Part shown: piece after piece, positions 1-8,372 of the stretch
How the letters are laid out: every line of letters starts with the position of its first letter
Position numbering within the stretch: position 1 is the first letter of the stretch
DNA from: a virus
Taxonomy: Duplodnaviria; Caudoviricetes
Length of the DNA: 26,731 nt
Virus record (IMG/VR): IMGVR_UViG_3300020383_000023
Span: 1 to 26,731 of that record
Direction: 5' to 3' (one strand)
Notes under the pieces: model-generated
Told to the model about the DNA's origin: nothing
The model's database searches: none
What the model saw: only the letters and a program-made list of their open reading frames with translations
Program-made: the position numbers and the translations under genes

Positions 1-547
1 AATTTAGATTACTTGTTTTCTTCTTCTTCCTTTTTTTATTTTTTTTCTTTGCAATCTCATCAGCAATCTTTTGCTGTTCTTCAACTGGCATATTCTTTTT
101 AAGAAATTCTGTAAATTGATTTTTAAATTCTTTGTCTTCCCCTGGTTGTAGGGTCATATCATCATAGTTTGATTCTGTAATAAGTCTATTCTTTATGGTT
201 ACTTGTTTCTTCTCTTTCTGGATTCTTCTTACAAAGGCATAATATATTATTTGCGTAAAGTATGCAAATGGATTATTTGATTTTTTGTCATTAAAGTTGT
301 CTAGGTATTGTAAACAGTTCTCTATACCATCACTAATCATATCATCCCTAAATGTATAATTAATAAAATTCGGTCTGTATGATAGGTGATTCGCAATCTT
401 TAAAAAACAACTGCCGATATAATCTGTTACAGGCGGTTTTTCTTGTTTAGACCTTTTTGCCCTATTAACAGACTTTCTATATTCAACCATTGCGGTTAAA
501 AATTCTTTGTTATTTACATAATGTTCTTTTTTGGTAGTTTTTCTCAT
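1..547 (-). CDS. gp55: T4-like late-transcription sigma factor gp55 (3' end runs off the window)
   Basis: Hand translation from ATG at 547: MRKTTKKEHYVNNKEFLTAMVEY...YIGSCFLKIANHLSYRPNFINYTFRDDMISDGIENCLQYLDNFNDKKSNNPFAYFTQIIYYAFVRRIQKEKKQ, the typical gp55 signature. Frame is open to position 2. Absent from the ORF track because it has no stop in the window. Confidence 0.95.
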   Translation of the reverse strand, partial: MRKTTKKEHYVNNKEFLTAMVEYRKSVNRAKRSKQEKPPVTDYIGSCFLKIANHLSYRPNFINYTFRDDMISDGIENCLQYLDNFNDKKSNNPFAYFTQIIYYAFVRRIQKEKKQVTIKNRLITESNYDDMTLQPGEDKEFKNQFTEFLKKNMPVEEQQKIADEIAKKKNKKRKKKKTSNLN

Positions 548-553
548 AAGTAT

Positions 554-582
554 AATATAACACCTTTCAATAAAAATGTCAA
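554..582 (-). promoter_or_regulatory. sigma70-type promoter for gp55
   Basis: Minus strand TTGACA (582-577), 17-nt spacer, TATATT (559-554). The ATG starts 7 nt after the -10 box. Confidence 0.75.
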
Positions 583-601
583 TGCTTTAAGGCAATGAGC
601 A

Positions 602-629
602 TTGACTTATTTCAAAATTTGTGTATAAT
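602..629 (+). promoter_or_regulatory. sigma70-type promoter on the plus strand, antisense to the uvsW operon
   Basis: TTGACT (602-607), 16-nt spacer, TATAAT (624-629). No plus-strand gene follows. Confidence 0.55.
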
Positions 630-674
630 GGAGCGTGTAGCGAGGTGCCAAGAGATATAGCTATGCTTTTAGTA

Positions 675-1139
675 TTAATGTATAGTTTTAGGGGTATCAA
701 AGTCATCATCAAATTCTTCAAATAATTCATTCACTCTATCATTGTCTTCTCTATTAAACTTCTGTTGTTGGTATCCGTGTTGTCTAACTGGCACTGGTTT
801 TTTATTCCAATCAGACGCAATGTTATGGTAACTAGTCGCCATTTCAATTGACGCACTTGTTATTGTCATAATTTTAGATTTTGGTATAGTTACAGTTTTA
901 TCTGGAGTATAAGAACACCATTTAATTAATGCGATATAATCTTTAAACCCCATTGGTGTCATTTGAGGAACATACTTAATTAAAAGTGGTTTTTCTATTC
1001 TCATTAAGTGAGAATTTGGAGGCAACTGTTGTTCTCCAGTAGGCAATATAGTTACGACATCTTCGCCACTAACTAATTTGATTATTTTTACATTAACAAC
1101 AGGTCTGTCGTTTAGGTTTTGTTGAGTTGGTTTGTCCAT
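675..1139 (-). CDS. Conserved T4-like hypothetical protein, possibly Sm-like fold, between uvsW and gp55
   Basis: 154-aa ORF with a VKIIKLVSGEDVV N-terminal motif and an acidic C-terminal tail. Its position between uvsW and gp55 is usual in marine T4-like phages. Confidence 0.6.
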   Translation of the reverse strand: MDKPTQQNLNDRPVVNVKIIKLVSGEDVVTILPTGEQQLPPNSHLMRIEKPLLIKYVPQMTPMGFKDYIALIKWCSYTPDKTVTIPKSKIMTITSASIEMATSYHNIASDWNKKPVPVRQHGYQQQKFNREDNDRVNELFEEFDDDFDTPKTIH

Positions 1140-2618
1140 TTATTTTAACTCCACATTATGGATTTCATAATTAAAATCCTCTTCGTTGTAAATATTTATC
1201 CTTTCTCTAAAGTGTGAAAGGGTATAATTTTCCTTTTCTTTGTGTGTTAAATCATCTGCAACATCATATAAAGTAGCGGCCGACTTGTTATCTTTTAATC
1301 TTAATCCTCTACCTATTGATTGTAAGTTTCTTATCCTAGACTTGCTAGGAGAAGAAAAGATAATGTTATGCAAGTTCCGAATATTAATGCCTGTACTGAA
1401 AGTCCCATAACTCGCAACGATAATAGCGCCATCAGAAGATTCGGTAATTTCTCTAATCGTTTCCCTTTCGTCTGCGTCCACTCCACCGTGGACATAAAAT
1501 ACTTGTTTGTCAACAGCTTTTCTTTTAATTGATTCATACAATTCCTTTCCGTGTTTCTCTACATATTGAAATAAGCATAGTGTATTGCCTTGTAAATCTG
1601 AAGCCAGATTACAAATATATTTATTTCTCTTTTCGTTTTTTACCAAGTAGTCCATTTCTTCTTGGTATGTTTTACCAAACATAAACTCTCTTGCCCCCTT
1701 ATCGTGTTGTAAAATTAAACAGAAAATTTTTAAGTCGGCAAGTTGTTTCTTCTCTTGTAATTCTGTTGTTGAAGTTACCTTATTTACAGCACCAAACAAT
1801 CCTTCTAATACAAGTTTATGTGTTTTAGTGCCATCTAAAGTACCAGTTAAACCTACTCTATACTTACAGTCTTCTAACTTCGTCATAATCTTTGTTAACG
1901 AAACTGCTTTAAATAAGTGTGCCTCATCTCCAAACACAGCACCAAATTGTTTAAACCAAGTTTTAGGTAAATTATAAACTGACTGCCAAGTAGATATGAC
2001 TACTCTTTTATTAGTTTCTTTATCGTGTCCTTGATATATTCTATGTACATTGCGATCACTATTATATCCATAATCTTTAAAGTCTTTATATAATTGTTCT
2101 ACCAAAGATGTTGTTGGTACAATAATTAATATTTTATCTTGTTTCTTTTCTTTCAATCTTAATAGATTGTATATTAACATTAAATAAACTATCAACGATT
2201 TACCAGAGGCAGTTGGAGATAGTAATAAACATCTACTCTTTTTTATTGCGTGTATAAATCCTTCTCTTTGGTAATCTCTTATCTCCATAGGCACTTTAAG
2301 TGCTTTTAAAAATCTCGTTACATCTTCATCTTTAATCGTAACATCTTTTATCTTTGTTCCATCTACTATATGAATATCATTTTTATTACACCAATCTACA
2401 ATATAAGGATATAGACCTGCATAAATTTGACCAGTTGCATAACTGAACAATCTAATTTTACCGTCCCACACTCTATTTCTATATTGTGGCATAAACTTAA
2501 ATCCAGGCACTTCAAAAGTAAAGTATTCACCAAGTTCTCTACGAATATCGGCGTCTGCTTCTATTTTTAAATAGACTTCGTTTTTTTTATCTATGATTAG
2601 GTATCGTGTGGTGGTCAT
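1140..2618 (-). CDS. uvsW: UvsW RNA-DNA/DNA-DNA SF2 helicase
   Basis: Walker A SPTASGKS, DEAH box, GLTGT motif III, QSIGRGLR motif VI, and the N-terminal FTFEVPG..FMP..RNRVWDGKIRLF typical of UvsW. Confidence 0.95.
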   Translation of the reverse strand: MTTTRYLIIDKKNEVYLKIEADADIRRELGEYFTFEVPGFKFMPQYRNRVWDGKIRLFSYATGQIYAGLYPYIVDWCNKNDIHIVDGTKIKDVTIKDEDVTRFLKALKVPMEIRDYQREGFIHAIKKSRCLLLSPTASGKSLIVYLMLIYNLLRLKEKKQDKILIIVPTTSLVEQLYKDFKDYGYNSDRNVHRIYQGHDKETNKRVVISTWQSVYNLPKTWFKQFGAVFGDEAHLFKAVSLTKIMTKLEDCKYRVGLTGTLDGTKTHKLVLEGLFGAVNKVTSTTELQEKKQLADLKIFCLILQHDKGAREFMFGKTYQEEMDYLVKNEKRNKYICNLASDLQGNTLCLFQYVEKHGKELYESIKRKAVDKQVFYVHGGVDADERETIREITESSDGAIIVASYGTFSTGINIRNLHNIIFSSPSKSRIRNLQSIGRGLRLKDNKSAATLYDVADDLTHKEKENYTLSHFRERINIYNEEDFNYEIHNVELK

Positions 2619-2620
2619 TG

Positions 2621-3049
2621 TTAGATAGCGCCACTAGTAAACTTTCTCCAGTCAATGGCGTTCTTAATAGTAAATGTTCTATTACTAATTTGTCTTAATG
2701 TTCTATCTAAAAAATCTACAATTGTTTCCAAGTATTTTACTTTTTGATTTGCTTTAATCCATTCCTCGTCTGACTCAATATACTTGTCAACATCTTTATA
2801 TAAAATTTTTAAATTGAAAGGTTTTAATTGATAAACAGCAGGATCAGCTTTGCCTGTATAGTATTCCCACTTATCTCTTTTGACTCTCGTAAAGTCATCT
2901 TCAGCACGAGTCAATAATAACTTAAACTTTGTTAAGTGTTTTAAATATTTGTTGTGTAGGGCAGGTGTTTTTAATGATTCTATATCTAGTTCAGTATCAT
3001 TAATGTTTAAATCTTTGTCTGCTAATTCTTGTAATTGTTCTAAATCCAT
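2621..3049 (-). CDS. uvsY: UvsY recombination mediator
   Basis: 142 aa; ESLKTPALHNKYL, KWEYYTGKA and IKNAIDWRKF motifs; adjacent to uvsW. Confidence 0.92.
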   Translation of the reverse strand: MDLEQLQELADKDLNINDTELDIESLKTPALHNKYLKHLTKFKLLLTRAEDDFTRVKRDKWEYYTGKADPAVYQLKPFNLKILYKDVDKYIESDEEWIKANQKVKYLETIVDFLDRTLRQISNRTFTIKNAIDWRKFTSGAI

Positions 3050-3058
3050 AATATATTC

Positions 3059-3087
3059 ATAATAACATAAAACTCAAAAAAAGTCAA
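3059..3087 (-). promoter_or_regulatory. sigma70-type promoter with extended -10 for uvsY-uvsW
   Basis: Minus strand TTGACT (3087-3082), 17-nt spacer ending in TGT, then TATTAT (3064-3059). Confidence 0.7.
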
Positions 3088-3090
3088 TGT

Positions 3091-3720
3091 TTATGAGGTA
3101 GTAATAGTTGTTTTACTTGCGTTAGTATTAGCGAAATCATATAACTTATAATCAAAAGTTACTGTTGCTGTTAGGTAGTTTGTGTCTGTTGCTTGTTGGT
3201 CGTATTGAAGAGCAGATAATGATAAAGGAAAGCAATCAGTAAATCTAACTTCAGTTACAGGATTGTTTTTACTTGTTAATATTGATAGTGTTGCGTCTGA
3301 AAATATACCACCTGTATCAGGTCCTTTAAACTTACCTCCTCTTCCTGCGTCAGGTAATATACTAGATTTTGAAGTAGGAAATCTATCAGCACCTGCGTCT
3401 AATAATGCTTTAAATTCTTCGTGTCCACCAGGGAATCCTAAACCTCTTAACCAACCGTGTATCTCTTGGTAGTTTTCTAAATTTTCATCTACTAGAAACG
3501 TACAAGTTAATTGTTCGTATCTTAACTTTTCTCCAGGTAAAGGTATATCTCTAAATGGTGTAGGTTGTGTATAATTATCTGCTATACTAACACCTGGTAA
3601 ATTTACCTGTGTGCAAAAGTATTCTACTTTAGGAAGTTTGATAATACTGAATTTAAATTTTGTAGGATCAGCATAATCTTGTTTAGTAGGTTGTCTTCTA
3701 TATGCGTTAGTGGTCGTCAT
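3091..3720 (-). CDS. gp3: Tail completion / sheath stabiliser gp3
   Basis: FKFSIIKLPKVEYFCTQVNLPG, FLVDENLENYQEIHGWL and SDATLSILTSKNNP..VRFTDCFPLSLS motifs; follows gp23 as in marine T4-like phages. Confidence 0.9.
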   Translation of the reverse strand: MTTTNAYRRQPTKQDYADPTKFKFSIIKLPKVEYFCTQVNLPGVSIADNYTQPTPFRDIPLPGEKLRYEQLTCTFLVDENLENYQEIHGWLRGLGFPGGHEEFKALLDAGADRFPTSKSSILPDAGRGGKFKGPDTGGIFSDATLSILTSKNNPVTEVRFTDCFPLSLSALQYDQQATDTNYLTATVTFDYKLYDFANTNASKTTITTS

Positions 3721-3725
3721 ACTAC

Positions 3726-3733
3726 TATTTATA
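3726..3733 (-). promoter_or_regulatory. T4 late promoter for gp3
   Basis: TATAAATA on the minus strand, 5 nt upstream of the gp3 ATG. Confidence 0.8.
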
Positions 3734-3747
3734 ATGGAATTTTGACC

Positions 3748-3778
3748 AAAAAAAAGGGCGACCGAAGCCGCCCCTTTT
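3748..3778 (-). terminator. Rho-independent terminator after gp23
   Basis: Minus strand GGGGCGGC-TTCG-GTCGCCC followed by T8; C(UUCG)G tetraloop, typical of T4-like terminators. Confidence 0.9.
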
Positions 3779-3811
3779 CGTAATTAATCGTTAAACAACG
3801 ACCAACCAATA

Positions 3812-5167
3812 TTACATTATGTTTGCAACTTGTACTCTTTGGTAGTATCTGTTACTATTTGCAGAACCAGAATGGTTCACAGCAGTAGCAGCACCCGATT
3901 GAGCACCAGTTTCAGCAAAAGGATTAGCAACAAGACCGTATCTTGTTTTAAATCCAATTTTAGGTTGGAAAGTGTCTTGTCCAACAGCACGAACCATTTG
4001 TAATGGCACATATGGGCAGTAAAATATTCCTGCGTCATAAGGTGATGTTCCTTTATATCCAACAACATAATACTGTTTAGCAGCACTATTAGCTGAATAT
4101 GGATCAATGTACACTTTAAATCTACCGTTTAATACACCAGCAAAAGTATTGCCTGTGTCGTCAACAGCAAGATTGTTATTTAATGCAGGTGAATAATCTA
4201 AAACACCAGCCATTTGAAGAGCAGAAGCAACGTCAGCAGAGCAGATAATTAGATTACCTTTTCCACGTCTTGTTCTTTGTGCAATTCTATTAGCATCTCT
4301 TTCCAATTGGAACATTAGTCCTTTGAATCTTTCAACTGACCATCTTCCGTTGGAGTCTGTGTCTAAATCAAAAACACCAGCTGTAGTTGTATTAACAGCA
4401 GCGCCTTTTTCTGCATTGATATAAATTGTTCTAACAACTTCTCTATTGATTTCCGCAAGGATTTCAGCAGATAGGATGTTTGCCAATTCTGTTTCAGCGT
4501 CTAAACCGTGGATTGCTTTTAAGTCTTGAGCAAGTTCCATAGTGTATTCAGCCTTTAATGCTCTACTTCTAGCAGTTACAGTTGACTTCTCAATTGAGAA
4601 TGCCATTTCTGCAAACTGATTTCCAGTAGCGTCACCAAGTGCTTCAGCTTCACCAGTTGTCATTCCTTGACCTCTGCTATAATCAGTTGATCCAGCAGCA
4701 GCGTCATTTAAGACACTTGGGTTAGTTCCAGAATGATCGGTAGGTGTAGCACCAGCGTCGGCACCTTGAGTTGAGTCACCAGCAGCATTTCTACTAGAGA
4801 AATCTGTGTCTGCTTCGTCAAATAAAGCTTCGTTTCCGACCTGTGAAGTGTATCTACTTCTCATAGCGAATATTAAACCAGTTGGTCCAGTCATTGGCTG
4901 AACACCAGCAATATCGTATGCGATTAGATTTGGCATAGCTCTTCGTACTAACGAAATTAGGATTGGATCCCAATTCGCAACACTTGAACCTGTAGCATTA
5001 GTAGGAGCAGCCTCGTTTAAGAAACTTGCATCCTCTTTCATAGCTCTTTCTTGGTTTTCCAAGATAGTAGCGGTAACGGCACGTCTATAACTATCCTTAA
5101 CTTTTGGTAAGTCGGGATGTTCTAGGACTGGCTGCCATTTTTTTTCGTATTGTTCTGATAAATACAT
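3812..5167 (-). CDS. gp23: Major capsid protein gp23
   Basis: WDPILISLVRRAMPNLIAYDIAGVQPMTGPTGLIFAMRSRY, SRALKAEYTMELAQDLKAIHGLDAETEL and FYCPYVPL..FQPKIGFKTRYG motifs. Confidence 0.99.
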   Translation of the reverse strand: MYLSEQYEKKWQPVLEHPDLPKVKDSYRRAVTATILENQERAMKEDASFLNEAAPTNATGSSVANWDPILISLVRRAMPNLIAYDIAGVQPMTGPTGLIFAMRSRYTSQVGNEALFDEADTDFSSRNAAGDSTQGADAGATPTDHSGTNPSVLNDAAAGSTDYSRGQGMTTGEAEALGDATGNQFAEMAFSIEKSTVTARSRALKAEYTMELAQDLKAIHGLDAETELANILSAEILAEINREVVRTIYINAEKGAAVNTTTAGVFDLDTDSNGRWSVERFKGLMFQLERDANRIAQRTRRGKGNLIICSADVASALQMAGVLDYSPALNNNLAVDDTGNTFAGVLNGRFKVYIDPYSANSAAKQYYVVGYKGTSPYDAGIFYCPYVPLQMVRAVGQDTFQPKIGFKTRYGLVANPFAETGAQSGAATAVNHSGSANSNRYYQRVQVANIM

Positions 5168-5189
5168 TTGTTTTTATCTCCCTCTATAT

Positions 5190-6446
5190 TTAATTAGATA
5201 ACTTAATATCTTTTGTTTTACTTATAGCGGCACTATAAGCAGCCATTGCATTAGTTAAGTCCTCAGGTTGAGCACTTGACCCTGCCGCCACATCATCTAT
5301 CTCACTTTTAGATTCCTTTTTACCAAAGTATGATTCTTTAACAGTACCAACTTTAGTTTTAAAGTCTTCTTCGTTTTTATAGTCAATTTCTTCAGCAAGT
5401 TTGTTAAACTTTTCTTTTTGAGTATCAGCTAATTCTTCAGACGCCTCATCTATGATGTCTTGTCTTTTAAATTGACCATTCTCTTTAGTCAGTTCAACAT
5501 TTTTCGCAATTGATTCATTAAGTTTTTTGTTTAATTCATCAATTTTAGAAGACTGATCTTCTAACACATTATATTTTTCGTCAGGAACATCTATATAATG
5601 ATCTTCAAATAATTTTTTAAGACCACTAATAAAGTCCTCAGCGATTTCGCCCTTGATTCCTCTTTCTAAAGCAAGTTCGTTTTCTTTCATCCACTCTTCC
5701 ACTACATAAGCAAGGTAAGAGTCAACTTTTTCAACTAACTCATCTTTAGATTTAGAAGATTCTTCTACGAATTTCTTATCATAAGCTGTTTGCATTTCTC
5801 CTGCCATCTCTTTAAGTTTTGTTTTGATTGCAGTTTCAAATACTGTTGCAGCTTTTGTTTTAAATTCTTCAGATAAATCATCTTCTCCAGCGATAAGAGC
5901 GTCAATGTGTTCTTTTACATCTAACTCTTTCTTGTCTTCTTTTTTCTCTTTAGTTTCTTCTTCTTCAGATACATTAGCAGTCTTTTGATTGACTTCTTTT
6001 TTAGCATCCTTTTCTTTAGAAACTTCGCCAGCATCCAAAGTTTCTTTAACTTCTTTGCTGTCGTCTTTGTTTTCAGACTTTTCTTTTTTCTTATCAATTG
6101 CTTTTTGTAAAGCAGGTGGTAAGTCGCCTTCTTTGATTTCTTTATCTTCCGAATCTTTTGTTTCTTTAGACTCTTGTGCTTTAGTTGGATGTTTGTCATC
6201 TAACTTCGGCATAGTGTCAGGAGCACCTTCTGATTTTTGAGGTGCTTGCCCAGAAACTTCTTTTACTTTTTTCGTTGCGTCAGGATTGCTGTCTGTTGGT
6301 TTAACAACAGCAGGACCTAAATCTTCAGCATCATTTTTCAGATGTGTAGGTTCAGCCGCCACAGCATTCTTTTTAGGAGCGTCTGGAGCCGTAGCTTCCA
6401 TAACTTCTCTTATCGTATCCGCAACTTTTTTTCCCGTTTCGGCCAT
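5190..6446 (-). CDS. gp22: Prohead core scaffold protein gp22
   Basis: LSEEFKTKAATVFETA and VDSYLAYVVEEWMKENELALERGIKGEIAEDFISGLKKLFEDHYIDVP motifs; lies between gp21 and gp23; long charged N-terminal region. Confidence 0.93.
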   Translation of the reverse strand: MAETGKKVADTIREVMEATAPDAPKKNAVAAEPTHLKNDAEDLGPAVVKPTDSNPDATKKVKEVSGQAPQKSEGAPDTMPKLDDKHPTKAQESKETKDSEDKEIKEGDLPPALQKAIDKKKEKSENKDDSKEVKETLDAGEVSKEKDAKKEVNQKTANVSEEEETKEKKEDKKELDVKEHIDALIAGEDDLSEEFKTKAATVFETAIKTKLKEMAGEMQTAYDKKFVEESSKSKDELVEKVDSYLAYVVEEWMKENELALERGIKGEIAEDFISGLKKLFEDHYIDVPDEKYNVLEDQSSKIDELNKKLNESIAKNVELTKENGQFKRQDIIDEASEELADTQKEKFNKLAEEIDYKNEEDFKTKVGTVKESYFGKKESKSEIDDVAAGSSAQPEDLTNAMAAYSAAISKTKDIKLSN

Positions 6447-6497
6447 TGAAATCTCCTCTTTAATGTTAAAACTAGTTTTAAATTGTTCTAATGTTAA

Positions 6498-6505
6498 TAT
6501 TTATA
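6498..6505 (-). promoter_or_regulatory. T4 late promoter for gp22-gp23
   Basis: TATAAATA on the minus strand just downstream of the gp21 stop. Confidence 0.8.
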
Positions 6506-6508
6506 AAA

Positions 6509-7153
6509 CTAGAGATTTTTAAGAAAGTTTTTAAAGACTTTTATCTTAGCTTCTGCTAATGCGTGTCTTTTAGCACTTTCTATTTCTCTCTTCCAAGCGT
6601 TCAAATTTCTTTCTGTAAGAACGCCATTGTCCCATACCCAATCTCTTTGTTCCATAACACCTTCTACGAAAGCGTCTGGAGCACTAGGGTCTGCAACAAT
6701 ATCAGCAGCGGTCGCCAAGTAGAAATCATCTCCTACATAGTTCGCACCACCTCTTGTTTGTAATGAACCCATACCTCTACTTGATACCCCTAATTGGGCA
6801 CCTTCGTCAATAAGACCTTTAACAATCTTACCATAAGGAGTGTTCATTATCTTCGCTTCACCAATAAAGTTTTGACCATCTGGATGAAGTTTAGTAATCA
6901 TATGACTAACTCTTTCCAAATTAACAACTGGTCCGTCAGGATGTCCTAACTCACCAAATGCTCTGTTTTTATTGATAAATTCTCGGTTGTATCTAGTTAC
7001 TTCTTTGTGTAATATCTCTTTAGGATATATTCTTCCGTTCCGATTTTTTATGTCGGACTGTAAAAAGACACCTTTAATTTTGTAATTTTTCTTACCGTTG
7101 GTTTCTTCAACCAGGTATTCTGCGTTTTGAATCTCTTCCGATATTAGTTTCAT
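6509..7153 (-). CDS. gp21: Prohead protease gp21
   Basis: NRNGRIYP, GELGHP, GVSSRGMGS and ADIVADPSAPDAFV motifs. Confidence 0.97.
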   Translation of the reverse strand: MKLISEEIQNAEYLVEETNGKKNYKIKGVFLQSDIKNRNGRIYPKEILHKEVTRYNREFINKNRAFGELGHPDGPVVNLERVSHMITKLHPDGQNFIGEAKIMNTPYGKIVKGLIDEGAQLGVSSRGMGSLQTRGGANYVGDDFYLATAADIVADPSAPDAFVEGVMEQRDWVWDNGVLTERNLNAWKREIESAKRHALAEAKIKVFKNFLKNL

Positions 7154-7175
7154 TTACTCTCTCTTTTGTATTAAC

Positions 7176-7183
7176 TATTTATA
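7176..7183 (-). promoter_or_regulatory. T4 late promoter for gp21
   Basis: TATAAATA on the minus strand in the 7154-7190 intergenic gap. Confidence 0.8.
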
Positions 7184-7190
7184 CAATTTT

Positions 7191-7583
7191 CTATCTAAAC
7201 TCAACAATAATCGTGTAATTATCACCTGGTACAAAGTCGTGTGTAGATAGTAAAACATCACCTGTTGGTGTAGTTGCATTGTTGCCAATAGAGTTTCCTG
7301 CTGTACGCAAGTCCCAATAACCTTGACCACTTAACAATACGCCAGTTGCGTTAGTTTCACCATCCCATATCAATTCTACGCAAGCTTTTTTACTTATTGC
7401 ATTAACTGAAAACCATACTTTCGCAATTTTTCTTTCTGCGTCTTCGGTCATAAATGTTGCACTTGAAGCGTCTATTTTATTAACTAAAGACTCTCCAGAA
7501 CCGTCTGATATGTTAGTCATTTTAACTACATATTTTACACCTGTTGTGTCTGATAATACTTGTGTTGATACTGTATCTGCCAT
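7191..7583 (-). CDS. Hypothetical protein, probably virion/head-associated and beta-rich
   Basis: 130-aa ORF with AGGA upstream, in the gp20-gp21 interval; function not recognised. Confidence 0.6.
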   Translation of the reverse strand: MADTVSTQVLSDTTGVKYVVKMTNISDGSGESLVNKIDASSATFMTEDAERKIAKVWFSVNAISKKACVELIWDGETNATGVLLSGQGYWDLRTAGNSIGNNATTPTGDVLLSTHDFVPGDNYTIIVEFR

Positions 7584-7591
7584 TTTATTTC

Positions 7592-7816
7592 CTATTGAGC
7601 GTCATAGTAGTTTTTGGAAAGTTCACCTCGTTCTACTGTTGTGCCTTTCTTTCTACATCTAGCATAAGTTTGTTCTACTGTTCCAGTTCCAGGTCTTGTA
7701 TAACTTCTTATACCTCCTGAATATGTTCCAGCGGCGTCTGGATATGTATTAGACGCTGTGGCACTATTTTCATATTGCCAAATACTATTTGATCCTGGTA
7801 CATCTACCCACGCCAT
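7592..7816 (-). CDS. Hypothetical protein, 74 aa
   Basis: Tightly packed ORF; GAGGA SD lies in the end of the upstream gene. Confidence 0.6.
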   Translation of the reverse strand: MAWVDVPGSNSIWQYENSATASNTYPDAAGTYSGGIRSYTRPGTGTVEQTYARCRKKGTTVERGELSKNYYDAQ

Positions 7817-7817
7817 T

Positions 7818-8060
7818 TTATTCCTCTAATTGTTCTTTTAACTCAACATCAAAAAATTCTTCAATGTCGTCTTTATCTATATTGCGTTGTTCAGCAACTT
7901 TAGTTACTGCTACTTCAAATGTATTCATTATATCTTGTGTTCCTTTGTCAACTAATTTCATAACATCACTTACTGCCTCTTTCATAACAGGCGATAAGTT
8001 TTTATATGAATTACTGTTGAACGTCTGGTTGTTCTGTACTAGCTGGCTGACTTTCTGCAT
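7818..8060 (-). CDS. Hypothetical acidic helical protein, possible prohead core component
   Basis: 80 aa; GAGGT SD-like motif upstream of the ATG; overlaps the upstream ORF by 50 bp. Confidence 0.55.
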   Translation of the reverse strand: MQKVSQLVQNNQTFNSNSYKNLSPVMKEAVSDVMKLVDKGTQDIMNTFEVAVTKVAEQRNIDKDDIEEFFDVELKEQLEE

Positions 8061-8361
8061 CCGATACCTCTGGTGTTTCTGGTGTTGTTTCTGGTTGTAC
8101 TTCTACTTTTGCTTCTCCATCCTGTGCATTAGCACCTGTAGGTTCAATTGTTCCATCTTTATTAAAAGTACCTGTACCTGAAATTTCAGGTTTTGGATCA
8201 CTATGCGGTTGTGCCTTAAACATATTACCAGCAATATCTTGCCTTTGTTTATCTAAAGCGTCACCCATTTTTGCTCTTAATGCGTCTTTAAAAGCATCCC
8301 CAGCACCAACCATATTGTTTTGTGCCATCTTGTCTATAAAGTCTTTTACTTCTTCACTCAT
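8011..8361 (-). CDS. Probable prohead core protein (gp67-like)
   Basis: Directly after portal gp20; helical N-terminus (FIDKM..NN.VGA.DAFKDAL..K..DALD) and acidic disordered tail; AGGAG SD. The gp67 assignment rests mostly on position. Confidence 0.6.
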   Translation of the reverse strand: MSEEVKDFIDKMAQNNMVGAGDAFKDALRAKMGDALDKQRQDIAGNMFKAQPHSDPKPEISGTGTFNKDGTIEPTGANAQDGEAKVEVQPETTPETPEVSDAESQPASTEQPDVQQ

Positions 8362-8372
8362 TTTTTCTCCTT

